64,000 bases of DNA. Source: an uncultured Acidimicrobiales bacterium (lineage in GTDB: Bacteria; Actinomycetota; Acidimicrobiia; Acidimicrobiales; RAAP-2). The DNA lies in NCBI GenBank assembly GCA_963734435.1, contig CAVTHA010000010.1, forward strand, positions 26,546 to 90,545, in the 5' to 3' direction. Under the pieces are notes generated by a model. The model was given only the letters and a program-made list of their open reading frames with translations. It searched no databases and was not told the DNA's origin. Numbering within the stretch: position 1 is the stretch's first letter; each line of letters starts with the position of its first letter. Below, one piece after another: positions 23,353 to 34,674 of this stretch. Position numbers and translations under genes: made by a program.

Positions 23353-24535
23353 ATGACCGCGCTGTTCATCGCCATCGGGGTGGTCGTGGTGGTCCTGTTG
23401 GCCGCCCTGATCCTGATCGCCCGCGCCCGGCGGGCCTCGCGGCCGCCCCTCGCCCCGAAGAGCCCGACCCCGACGCTCGAGGAGCCGCCGCCCAGGATGC
23501 CGATCCTGGCTCCCGAGCGTGAGCCGGCTCCAGCCAAGCAGCCGGCCCCGCCGACGAAACCGGCACCCCCAGCCGAACCCGCGCCCGGGCCATTGGCCGA
23601 GCCGGTGCTGGAGGCCGAGCCGGAGCCGGCCACCTATCGCAGCCGCCTGGGCAGCGTCCGGGGAATTTTCAGCGGGGCCGTCTCGGCCCTACGGGGCGGC
23701 CGGATCGACGCCGCCACCTGGGACTCGCTCGAAGAGGCGCTCATCCGGGCCGACGTCGGCGTGCGGACCGCCGATGCCCTGCTGACGGACCTCAAGGCCC
23801 GGGTGGCCTCGAAGGAGATCGCCAGTGGGACCGATCTCCTCACGGCGCTCGGCGACGAGATCCGCGCCCTGCTCGACGTGGCCGACTCCCGCCAGCTCCG
23901 CTTCGCCGGGGACGCGGGCACGGTCGACGTGTGGTTGTTCGTCGGGGTGAACGGGGTGGGCAAGACGACCACCATCGGCAAGCTGGCGCGGCAGGAGTCG
24001 ATGGCCGGCCATTCGGTCCTCCTGGCCGCCGGGGACACCTTCCGGGCCGCGGCGGCCGACCAGCTGGGCATGTGGGCCGAGCGGTCGGAGGTCGAGATCG
24101 TGCGGGGCGCCGAGGGCGGCGACCCCAGTGCGATCGTCTTCGACGCCGTGCAGCGGGCGGCGGCCCGGGGCAACGATCTCGTGCTGGCCGACACCGCCGG
24201 CCGGCTGCACACCAAGGTGAACCTGGTGGAGGAGCTCAAGAAGATCCGCCGGGTCGCCGACCGCGACCCGGGCAACGTGACCGAGGTCCTGCTCGTCCTC
24301 GACGCCACCACCGGGCAGAACGCGCTGATCCAGGCGAGGCAGTTCACCGAGGCGGTCGACGTGACCGGGGTCGTGCTGACCAAGCTCGACGGCACCGGCC
24401 AAGGGCGGCATCGTCATCGCGATCCAGCGCGAGCTGGGCATCCCGGTGAAGCTGGTCGGGCTGGGCGAGGGCGTCGACGACCTGGTGGCCTTCGACCCCG
24501 ACGCCTTCGTCGACGCCCTCCTCGGGCTGGACTAA
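23353..24535 (+). CDS. ftsY: signal-recognition-particle receptor FtsY; one frameshift near 24395
   Basis: N-terminal TM plus Pro/Ala-rich linker; NG domain VWLFVGVNGVGKTTTIGKLA...LLAAGDTFRAAAADQL...LADTAGRLHTKVNLVEELKKI...VVLTKLDGT; the restored frame ends KGGIVIAIQRELGIPVKLVGLGEGVDDL. Confidence 0.9.
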
Positions 24536-24595
24536 CGAACTCGGCCCGAAGACTGGCGCGGGCGCGGCGGCATCACCCCGGTAGGCTGAGACGCC

Positions 24596-26165
<1,570 letters not shown>

Positions 26166-26220
26166 GGCCGCTATCTGCCAGAATGGACGCACAAAGTCCA
26201 GATGATGGAGGAATCAGTTC

Positions 26221-26505
26221 GTGGCAGTGAAGCTCCGCCTGGTGCGGATGGGAAAGAAGAAGCAGCCGACCTACCGGGTCGTGGCCGCGGACAGCCGGTC
26301 ACCCCGTGACGGGCGGTTCCTCGAGATCGTGGGTACCTACGCTCCCCGCGGCGCCTCGACGGCCGAGCCGGATGCGGTGATCAAGATCGACAACGACAAG
26401 GCCGTGAAGTGGTTGGTCAACGGCGCCCAGCCGACCGAGCGGGTCGAGAAGCTGCTGAAGACCTCGGGCGCCTGGGACGAGTTCGCCGCGGCGAGGTCGA
26501 AGTGA
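26221..26505 (+). CDS. rpsP: 30S ribosomal protein S16; an acidic ORF continuing to ~26650 suggests a frameshifted C-terminal extension, as in the long mycobacterial RpsP
   Basis: [43 protein letters not shown]. Confidence 0.85.
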   Translation: MAVKLRLVRMGKKKQPTYRVVAADSRSPRDGRFLEIVGTYAPRGASTAEPDAVIKIDNDKAVKWLVNGAQPTERVEKLLKTSGAWDEFAAARSK

Positions 26506-26661
26506 CGAACCTCTACGAGGCCGGCGACATCAACACGGTCGACGGCGACGATCAGGTCGACATCAACTCGTCGGACGACGTGAACACCGACGCGGACACC
26601 GACACCGAGGACGAGGGCAACGAGCGCAACGACTCCCTCGACGGCGGCGACGCCGCTGGCC

Positions 26662-26886
26662 GTGCTCAGCTACCTGGCCCGCTCGCTCTCCAACGAGCCC
26701 GACGCGGTGGTCATCGACACCGAGGAGCGTCGGGGCGGCCTCCGCCTCAGCCTGCACGTGGCGCCCGACGACATGGGCCGAGTGATCGGGCGTCGGGGCC
26801 GGACGGCCCAGGCCATCCGGACGCTGGTCAGCGTGGCCGGCGCCAAGGACGGCATCGCGACCAGCGTCGACATCGTCGACGACTGA
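26662..26886 (+). CDS. KH-domain RNA-binding protein (UPF0109/YlqC-like)
   Basis: MLSYLARSLSNEPDAVVIDTEERRGGLRLSLHVAPDDMGRVIGRRGRTAQAIRTLVSVAG; conserved position between rpsP and rimM. Confidence 0.8.
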   Translation: MLSYLARSLSNEPDAVVIDTEERRGGLRLSLHVAPDDMGRVIGRRGRTAQAIRTLVSVAGAKDGIATSVDIVDD

Positions 26887-27351
26887 TCTCCTCAAGGTCG
26901 GCCGGGTCACCAAGGCCCACGGCCTGCGCGGCGAGGTCGTCGTCCAGCTGTGGACCGACCTGACCGAGCGCCTCGACCCGGGCTCGGTGCTCACCGACGC
27001 CGCGGGGCACCCTCACCGTGGAGTCGGCCCGCCCGTTCCAGGACCGCTGGATCGTGCAGTTCGAGGGCGTCGTCGACCGGTCGCAGGCCGAGCGCATGCG
27101 CGGGATCGAGCTCGAGGCCGAGGCCGTCGACATCCCGGGCAAGCTCTGGGTGCACGAGCTGGTCGGCGCCACCGTGGTCGACGTGGCGGGCACCGAACTC
27201 GGGGCAGGTCCGGGCCGTCGAGGCCAATCCGGCCAGCGACCTGCTCGTGCTGGAGAGCGGCGGCCTGATCCCCCTGCGCTTCGTGACGGACAGCGACACC
27301 GCGGCGGGGACCCTGGTGGTCGACATCCCCGACGGCCTGTTGGATCCCTGA
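26873..27351 (+). CDS. rimM: ribosome maturation factor RimM; about 2 frameshifts; start approximate
   Basis: [24 protein letters not shown]...[23 protein letters not shown]...[28 protein letters not shown]. Confidence 0.75.
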
Positions 27352-27364
27352 CCACGGCCCGCCG

Positions 27365-28140
27365 ATGCGGATCGACGTCTTCACGCTCTTCCCCGACGCC
27401 ATCACGTCGTACTGCACCGCCTCGATTCTCGGGCGGGCCCAGCGAGTCGGGCGCCCTCGACATGCGTGTGCACGACCTGCGCCAGGGCTCGCTCGACAAC
27501 CGGCGCACCGTCGACGACAGCCCCTTCGGCGGTGGCCCCGGCATGGTCCTGATGCCCGAGCCGGTGTTCCGCTGTGTCGAGGCCGTCGAGGCCGCCGGCC
27601 CGCTGCCCCGCCCACTGCTGCTCCTGGCCCCGGGCGGCCGGCCGTTCTCGACCAGTCGGTGGCGGCCGAGCTGGCCGCGCTCGCCGGGGGGTTCTCGCTT
27701 CTGTGCGGCCGCTACGAGGGGGTCGACCAGCGGGTGACCGACCACCTGGTCGACGGCGAGCTCTCGGTCGGCGACTTCGTGCTGGCCGGCGGCGAGCTGG
27801 CGGCCCTGGTCGTGATCGAGGCGGTGGCGCGGCTGGTGCCCGGGGTGCTGGGCAACGAGGCCTCAGCCCTCGACGAGAGCTTCTCGCGCCGGCCTGCTCG
27901 AGTACCCCCAGTACACCCGGCCGGCCGAGTTCCGGGGTTGGGAGGTGCCCGAGGTGCTGCGCTCGGGCGACCACGCCGCCGTGGCGGACTGGCGCCGCCT
28001 CCAGTCCCTGTTGCGCACGGCGGCCCGGCGGCCCGACCTGCTCGACCGAGCTGCGCCGGGAGGGCCGGCTGAGCGACGACGACGTGCGGTCACTGGCCGC
28101 GCACGGCTACGATGTTCCGTCCGGCACTGAGCCGGTGTGA
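27365..28140 (+). CDS. trmD: tRNA (guanine37-N1)-methyltransferase; about 5 frameshifts
   Basis: [13 protein letters not shown]...[18 protein letters not shown]...[53 protein letters not shown]...[34 protein letters not shown]. Confidence 0.85.
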
Positions 28141-28154
28141 CGTTAGGACCTCTC

Positions 28155-28541
28155 ATGCACCCGACCGAGATCATCGACCGCGACAGCCTGCGCGACGACA
28201 TCCCCGAGTTCCGCCCCGGGGACACCGTCAAGGTGCACGTCCGGGTGGTCGAGGGCACCCGTGAGCGGGTCCAGGTCTTCCAGGGGGCGGTCATCCGCCG
28301 CCAGGGCGGCGGGGTGCAGGAGACCTTCACCGTGCGCAAGGTGAGCTTCGGGGTGGGCGTCGAGCGTACGTTCCCGGTGCACTCGCCGACCATCGCCAAG
28401 ATCGAGGTGGTGACCCTCGGTGACGTCCGCCGGGCCAAGCTGTACTACCTGCGCGACCGTGTCGGGAAGGCGGCGAAGATCAAGGAGAAGCGGACCGCGG
28501 ACCGTGGCGCTGACGCCGGGTCGACGAGGCTGGGGCGATGA
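28155..28541 (+). CDS. rplS: 50S ribosomal protein L19
   Basis: [64 protein letters not shown]; AGGA-like RBS 7 nt before the ATG at 28155. Confidence 0.9.
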   Translation: MHPTEIIDRDSLRDDIPEFRPGDTVKVHVRVVEGTRERVQVFQGAVIRRQGGGVQETFTVRKVSFGVGVERTFPVHSPTIAKIEVVTLGDVRRAKLYYLRDRVGKAAKIKEKRTADRGADAGSTRLGR

Positions 28542-28831
28542 GCGAGGAAGACCTCGAGCGGTACGAGGCCGAGATCGAGCTCGGCCTCGTGCCAGGAGTA
28601 CCGGGCCGTGCTGCCCGTGTTCTCCTACGTGGTCGAGACCGAGCGGCGCTTCTATCTGGCCAACGAGGTCTCGCTGAAGGTGAGGTCCGATACGACGCCC
28701 GCCTGTATCGAGCTCGAGCTCAAGGACGCCTGGGTCTGGGACATGTACCGGCCGGCCCGCTTCGTGCCCACGTCCACGTGGTCACCTTCCGCGACGTGAA
28801 CATCGAGCGCCTGCCCGAACAGGAGCTCTAG
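28538..28831 (+). CDS. DUF2469 family protein (actinobacterial, Rv2901c-like); about 2 frameshifts
   Basis: [17 protein letters not shown]...[28 protein letters not shown]...[13 protein letters not shown]; located upstream of yraN as in actinobacteria. Confidence 0.7.
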   Translation: MSEEDLERYEAEIELGLVPGVPGRAARVLLRGRDRAALLSGQRGLAEGEVRYDARLYRARAQGRLGLGHVPAGPLRAHVHVVTFRDVNIERLPEQEL

Positions 28832-28895
28832 GCCTCTAGGCCGGCTCGGCCTCGGCGCAGGCACAATCACCGGTGGGGCCGACCGTTCCCTTTGC

Positions 28896-29252
28896 GTGAC
28901 CCAAGAGCCTGTCAACCACCGCATCGCCCTCGGCCGTTCCGGTGAGGATCGGGCGGCCGACTGGTACGCCCGTCATGGCTACCAGATTGTCGAGCGGAAC
29001 TGGCGCAGCCGCCGCGGCGAGATCGACCTGGTCTGTGCCCGCGACGAGGTCCTGGTCTTCTGCGAGGTCAAGACCCGGCTCAGCGACCGCCTCGGCGCCC
29101 CGGTCGAAGCGGTCACCCGAGTCAAGCAGCTGCGCCTGCGGCGCCTGGCCGCCGAGTACATCTCCCGGCACACCTGCGGTGGCCACCAGCCCCGATTCGA
29201 CGTCGTCGCGGTTCTCGGGCGCTCGCTCACCGTCGTCGAAGATGCGTTTTGA
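28896..29252 (+). CDS. yraN: YraN/UPF0102 family endonuclease
   Basis: GEDRAADWYARHGYQIVERNWRSRRGEIDLVCARDEVLVFCEVKTR. Confidence 0.8.
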   Translation: MTQEPVNHRIALGRSGEDRAADWYARHGYQIVERNWRSRRGEIDLVCARDEVLVFCEVKTRLSDRLGAPVEAVTRVKQLRLRRLAAEYISRHTCGGHQPRFDVVAVLGRSLTVVEDAF

Positions 29253-29279
29253 CGCATTCGCGGCGTAGGGTCACGGCTC

Positions 29280-30062
29280 ATGGAAACTCTCATCGTCGAA
29301 CGTCAAGGCGGGGTGGTCACCGTCACCATGAACCGCCCCGAGCGCAAGAACGCGGCCAACGCCGTCATGCTGCTCGAGCTGCCCGCCATCTTCGAGGAGA
29401 TCGAGGCCAACGCCGAGGACCGGGTGTTGGTCCTCACCGGTGCCGGGGGGGCTTTCTGTTCGGGCGCCGACCTGGGGGACCCCAACGGACCGGCCCAGGA
29501 CAACTCCCGGTCGCCGCTGGCGCGCATGCGCCGGCTGGGCGATGTGGCGCTGGCGCTGTACCGGCTGACCAAGCCGACCATCGCCAAGGTCGACGGGCAT
29601 GCCGTGGGCGCCGGTCTCTCCCTGGCGCTCGGCTGCGACCTGGTGGTCTGCAGCGATCGGGCCAAGCTCTCCATGATCTTCTCGCGGCGCGGGCTCTCGC
29701 TGGACAACGGCGGCTCGTATCTCCTGCCCCGGCTGGTCGGCATGGCCCGGGCCAAGGAGATCGCCCTCTTCGGCGGCATGTACACGGGCGAGGAGGCGCT
29801 GGCCATCGGCTTGATCAACCGGGTCGTTCCGGCGGCTGAGCTGGACGCCTTCGTCGACCAGTGGGCGGCGACGCTGGCGGCCGGGCCGCCGCTGGCGCTG
29901 TCGATGACCAAGACGCTCCTGCAGGCCTCGGGGCACTCCTCCATGGAGGAGGCGCTGGAGAACGAGGCCCGTTGCCAGTCGGTCAATTTCGCCAGCGTCG
30001 ATACCAACGAGGCCCTGGCCGCCTTCACGGAGAAGCGGGAGCCCACCTACATCGGTCGTTAG
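29280..30062 (+). CDS. enoyl-CoA hydratase/isomerase (crotonase fold), intact
   Basis: VLVLTGAGGAFCSGADL...KPTIAKVDGHAVGAGLSLALGCDLVVCSDRAKLSMIFSRRGL. Confidence 0.85.
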   Translation: METLIVERQGGVVTVTMNRPERKNAANAVMLLELPAIFEEIEANAEDRVLVLTGAGGAFCSGADLGDPNGPAQDNSRSPLARMRRLGDVALALYRLTKPTIAKVDGHAVGAGLSLALGCDLVVCSDRAKLSMIFSRRGLSLDNGGSYLLPRLVGMARAKEIALFGGMYTGEEALAIGLINRVVPAAELDAFVDQWAATLAAGPPLALSMTKTLLQASGHSSMEEALENEARCQSVNFASVDTNEALAAFTEKREPTYIGR

Positions 30063-30163
30063 CTGAAGCGGGAGCTGAATGAGGTCGTTCCGTGAATGAA
30101 GCGGAACCGGCCTACCCGGCCGCCGAAGAGATGCAGGTCGCCCAAGAGAAATAGACTGGAAAC

Positions 30164-30373
30164 GTGCTCAACGGAGTTCAAGGCATGGTCGGCGACACCG
30201 CCCTCGTCACCAGGGAGATCCGCGGCGGGCACAACCCGGGCCGGGTCCGGGCCCGGGGCGAGGAGTGGTTCGCCATTCCCCTGGATCCGGACGAGAACAT
30301 CGGAGTGGGGACGGAGGTCGTGGTGGCCGACATAGAGCGCGGCCTCCTCGTTGTCTACGCTCGCGATAGTTAA
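30164..30373 (+). CDS. short NfeD-like OB-fold protein (C-terminal beta-barrel domain only, 69 aa)
   Basis: GDTALVTREIRGGHNPGRVRARGEEWFAIPLDPDENIGVGTEVVVADIERGLLVVYA resembles the soluble domain of NfeD/YuaF partners of SPFH proteins; SPFH gene follows. Confidence 0.6.
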   Translation: MLNGVQGMVGDTALVTREIRGGHNPGRVRARGEEWFAIPLDPDENIGVGTEVVVADIERGLLVVYARDS

Positions 30374-30379
30374 AAGCGC

Positions 30380-31450
30380 CAGCAGACACGCCATCTACTG
30401 ACCACCCTTCTCGGGTGTCCGGTCAATCCGCTGGCGCGGCGACCGGTTCCTGCTTCTTCCCCGGATCGGGGGTCTCGGGAGCAGTTCCACCGTCACCGAG
30501 GTGATGGCCAGCGCTCCTCCCTCCACAGGCTTTGGTGACCCGGCCCCGTGCTTCGGGGTCCGGGGCCTGAGTGGCCGAGCACTGCTCGGCCTCGCCCCAG
30601 GCAGCGAGATTGGCGGCCGCGTTGGTGTCGCGGTCAGCGATGAGGCCACAGTGCTCACAGCGAAAGACCCGATGGGCCAAGGTCATCTCTTGCCAGACCC
30701 ACCCGCACGACGAGCAGGTCTTGGTGGAGGCGAAAAGCGCGGGGCCACCACCAAGGTGGCCCCGTACCACTCGGCTTTGTACCGCAGTTGGCTTCCCAGT
30801 TCCCCCCAGGCGGCGTCGTTGATGGACCGCGCCAGGTGGTGGTTCTTCACCATGTTCTTCACCGCCAGGTCCTCGATGCAGATGGCGCCGTGGGTCTTGG
30901 CGATCTGGCTCGAGAGCCGATGGGTGAAATCGTGGCGCCGGTTGGCCACCCGCCCATGGAGGCGTCCAAGACGAGCCCGTGCCTTGGCCCGGTTGGCCGA
31001 GCCGGGCACCTTGCGCGAAACGGACCGCGACGACAGGGCGATTGCCGGCCCGGCGGTTACCAGATGGCGTGGTGGGTCGATGCGGCCCCACTCGGACCGA
31101 TCCGAGCCGGCCAACACGAGGAGTCCACGGCGAAGCGGCACCCAGCGTCTTCCGAGCGTTTCCATGCGTTCCACCAGTTGATGAGCGAGTACCCCGACCA
31201 CGGGACCTCGACGTCGGGCCGAGCGCGGCGCTCGTCAACCTTGTTTTTGACCGCTTCGAGGCAGCGGTTGTAGGCGAAGCGCCGGGCACCGATGTGGCGT
31301 CGGACCTCTTCGGCCAGCACGGGATTATCGAGTGCGGTGAAGCGGAATGCTGCCATTCGGGCCATGGTGACCATCCTCGCGGGAGGGTGTATCACTCATA
31401 TACCCGTGATCGAGGTCCGTGACGAGAGCACCATCGGCGCCTGTCGGCGG
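30380..31450 (-). mobile_element. IS200/IS605-family (IS1341-like, TnpB-only) element, degraded; boundaries approximate
   Basis: Contains a tnpB remnant and no tnpA; inserted between the nfeD stop (30373) and the SPFH start (31621). Confidence 0.6.
30423..31395 (-). pseudogene. tnpB: tnpB (IS605 OrfB / OMEGA RNA-guided nuclease family), split across 3 frames
   Basis: N-terminus MAAFRFTALDNPVLAEEVRRHIGARRFAYNRCLEAV (ORF 31057..31395-); RuvC-like core ARLGRLHGRVANRRHDFTHRLSSQIAKTHGAICIEDLAVKNMVKNHHLARSINDAAWGELGSQLRYKAEWYGATLVV (ORF 30683..31201-); zinc finger KTCSSCGWVWQEMTLAHRVFRCEHCGLIADRDTNAAANLA (ORF 30423..31289-). Confidence 0.8.
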
Positions 31451-31620
31451 ATGGACACGCACCGTCAAGAACGATTGGAGGTGGCGGGCTATGGCCCCCC
31501 CCGCCCCGGTACAATGAAGGAGTTGCTCGGTCGGGGTCGCCCCGGCTGTCTGAATGAGGAGTTGCAAGCCTGCGTCCGGTACGTGGCCAAGGTTTGTAGC
31601 TGCAACATTAAGGAGAACGC

Positions 31621-32635
31621 CATGCTGGCATCGACGGGTGAGATAGTCGGGATCGTTGTAGTCGTCGTAGTCGGTGGGGTTGGGTTAGCGGCCTGGTTCA
31701 TGTCACGCTGCCTCAAGATCGTCCAGCAGGGCAGTGTCGGCGTGGTCAAGCGCCTGGGCCAGTTCAAGTCGGTCGACCAGCCCGGCCTGCGGGTCCTGCG
31801 GCCCTTCGTCGACCGCATGGAGAAGGTCGACATGCGTGAGTTCCCCATGACCGGGGACCAGCAGTCGGTGATCACCAAGGACAACGTCTCGCTGTGGGTC
31901 TCGGCCACCATCTTTTGCCAGGTGATCGACGTCAAGTCGGCCCTCTTCGAGATCAACGACTACCAGCTGGCGGTCGATCAGCTCTCCCGTACCGCCCTGC
32001 GGGCCGTCTTCGGCGAGCTGTCGTTGGACCAGGCGCTCTCCGAGCGCGAGACCATCAACACCCGTATGCAGGACCACATGGCCGACGCCACGCTCAAGTG
32101 GGGCGTGCGGCTCAACCGGATCGAGATCCTCGACATCACCCCGCCCACCAACGTCATTCAGGCCATGTCCGAGCAAAAGGAAGCCGAGCAGCACAAGCGG
32201 GCCGCCATCTTGAAGTCAGAAGGCGAGCAGCAGGCGGCCATCAACAGCGCCGGGGGACGCCAACAGGCCGCCGTGCTCGAGGCCCAAGGAGCCAAGGAGG
32301 CCGCCATCTTGCGGGCCGAGGCCGAGATGAAGGTGCTCGAGCTCCAGGCCGAGGGTGAAAAGAAGGCGTCCACCCTGCGCGGCGAGGGTGAGGCCTCCCG
32401 CCTGAACTCGCTGGACACCGCCACCATCAACCCGCGCACCCTGGCCGTCCTACAGCTGCGGGCCCTCCAAGAGATCGCCGCCTCCAACAACGCCAAGGTG
32501 GTGGTGCCCTACGAGGCGGCCAGCCTGATGGGGTCGGCCGAGGTGCTCTTGAGCACCCTCAAGTCGGGCACCTCGGACTCCAAGGACTCGCCCGAGAAGC
32601 AGAACGGCGCGGGAGTCATCACCCCCTCCACCTGA
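31621..32635 (+). CDS. SPFH/band-7 (stomatin/prohibitin-like) membrane protein, intact
   Basis: N-terminal TM IVGIVVVVVVGGVGLAAWF; SPFH core VGVVKRLGQFKSVDQPGLRVLRPFVDRMEKVDMRE...NVSLWVSATIFCQVID; C-terminal coiled coil EAEQHKRAAILKSEGEQQAAINSAGG. Confidence 0.85.
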
Positions 32636-32857
32636 CCTTGCGCCTGACCGACTCATGGGAGCGGAGCACGGCTCGCCGTCCTTTCCGCCAGTGGAGCACA
32701 AGCCGATCGCCTGTGACACCATGTTGCAGGTCGAAGAACCGAACAACGTGCAGAGAGTGCGCGTCCGGTTGTGGCTACGAGGCCATCCGGGCCACATGAG
32801 GTCGAGATCTGGCGTCGAGAACATCCACTGCGCCCTGGAGGATCAACGTGATGGCGG

Positions 32858-33811
32858 ATGACAGCGGCGGACTCTCTCGAAGCGTGGGGCTTGCTCGAGA
32901 GCGATGACAACCTCCACCTGCCCACGTCCGATGATTCCTGGTGGACCGAGACAGTGTGGTTCTCCTGGATGGTGCCCGAAAGAAAGATGCTCGGATATTT
33001 CTATCCGGCCTTCAGGTCGAATCTCGGCGTCATGTTCGGAAACGTGTTGGTGACCGATGCGTCGGCAGATCTCCCGTGGGAGATCCCGTTCTTCGAGGAA
33101 TTCTGGCATTTGAAGATGCCGACCGACCTAGATCTTCGCTCGGCATCCATGGAGAACGGGATGGGGCTGAAGTGCCTCGAACCTGGCAGGGTCTTCGAGT
33201 TCTCTTTCCGCCAACGTTCGCTGGAGATAGATCTCCGCTATGAGGCCCTCATGAAACCGCTTGTGACGAGGGGCGAGCCGCCGTTCAATCATGGAAGCCA
33301 TATCGATCAGCCCGGTCGGGTTACGGGAACCATGACATTGCGAGGTGAAGTGATCCCCGTCAACTGCCTTTCCATGAGGGATCGATCGTGGGGGATCCGG
33401 CGCGATGGCCGGCAGCCCAAAGTGGGGTACTCCTACGCCACGGCGTCGGAACACAGCGCGGTCCTTTCGATATCGGTGACCAACCGGGCAGATCAGGATC
33501 TCATCACCACCGGCTTTCTCATGCGGGACGGCGAATGGTCCCGGCTCGCCGGCGGCACCCGAGAGGTGGAGCGCGACGCCAGCGGCCGACCGGCACGGAT
33601 CACGATCTCTGGAATCGATGAGTTGGGCCGGACGGTTGAGTCTGTCGGTACCGTGGCCAGTCGGCAGGTGTTCAAGTGCTACCCGAGCATGTTCTGTTGG
33701 AACAGCTTGGTCGAATGGGAACTTGATGGCCGCGCCTGCTGGGGAGAAGACCAGGATATCTGGCACCCCGAAAAGTGGCGCGAGTATGCCCTGGACCATC
33801 GAGCACATTGA
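32858..33811 (+). CDS. hypothetical protein (317 aa, Trp-rich), intact; first gene of a lower-GC operon
   Basis: No family recognised by eye (SWWTETVWFSWMVPERKMLGYFYPAF...KCYPSMFCWNSLVEWELDGRACWGEDQDIWHPEKW). The next gene (LLM) starts 9 bp downstream. Confidence 0.5.
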   Translation: MTAADSLEAWGLLESDDNLHLPTSDDSWWTETVWFSWMVPERKMLGYFYPAFRSNLGVMFGNVLVTDASADLPWEIPFFEEFWHLKMPTDLDLRSASMENGMGLKCLEPGRVFEFSFRQRSLEIDLRYEALMKPLVTRGEPPFNHGSHIDQPGRVTGTMTLRGEVIPVNCLSMRDRSWGIRRDGRQPKVGYSYATASEHSAVLSISVTNRADQDLITTGFLMRDGEWSRLAGGTREVERDASGRPARITISGIDELGRTVESVGTVASRQVFKCYPSMFCWNSLVEWELDGRACWGEDQDIWHPEKWREYALDHRAH

Positions 33812-33819
33812 AGAATGCT

Positions 33820-34674
33820 CCATGAAGTTCGGTGTGGATCTGCAGCGCTGCAATCCAAGGTCGTGGGTGGACTTGGCGCAGAACGCGGAGGACCTTGGCT
33901 TTGAGTCGCTCTGGGTTGCAGAGCACCTGATCTTTCCACAGGAGATAGCGACCGGGCCGGCGGATGACCATGTCAAGGTCGATCCCTCACTTCCCTTGTT
34001 CGATCCATTCGTGGTGTTGGCGACACTCGGCGCGCAGACAGAGACGATTCGGCTGGGGACAAACATCTTCAACATCGGACTTCGCCATCCCTTTGTCACG
34101 GCGCGGTCCGTGGCCACGACCGATCTGATGACAAATGGACGTATCACCCTCGGTGTCGGCTCGAGTTGGCTTCGCCAGGAGTGGGATGCCGTCGAACTCG
34201 ACTTCGATTCCCGTGGAGCGCGGGTCGACGAGGCGATCGATATCTGTCGAGCGCTCTGGTCAGAGGAGTTCGTCGAGCACCACGGCCAATTCTTCGATTT
34301 TGCGCCGGTCGTCTTCAACCCGAAACCCATCCAAGCACGGCTCCCGGTTCACATCGGCGGGGACAGCATTCGAGCACTGAAGCGTGTCGTGGAACGCGGA
34401 GACGGGTGGATTGGCATGCTGCAGACCGTCGATTCGTTCGCCACGGCCACAGGATGGCTGGAGCGGGCGTGCGACGCAGCCGGGCGCGAGTTATCACGAC
34501 ATCGAACGAACTGCGTTGGCTCGACACCCCGACCCCGAGGAGATTGAGCAATGGAAGAGGGCTGGCGCCACTCGACTCATCGTCTCCCCTTGGAGTAGGT
34601 CCACCGAAGCCGTGGCGTCCCTTCGCCAGGTTTCGTATCGCCTGCAGGGTCGCTTCGCATTGAGGACGGCCTGA
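33820..34674 (+). CDS. LLM-class (luciferase-like) flavin/F420-dependent oxidoreductase; one frameshift near 34490
   Basis: MKFGVDLQRCNPRSWVDLAQNAEDLGFESLWVAEHLIFP...RLGTNIFNIGLRHPFVTARSVATTDLMTNGRITLGVGSSWLRQEW; C-terminus EEIEQWKRAGATRLIVSPW. The TGA stop overlaps the next ATG (TGATG). Confidence 0.8.

Noticed and set aside
32655-32861. 68-aa ORF in the 222-bp leader upstream of the low-GC operon
   Set aside because: It has no RBS, its composition matches non-coding DNA, and it overlaps the start of the 32858 gene. It is better treated as a regulatory leader.
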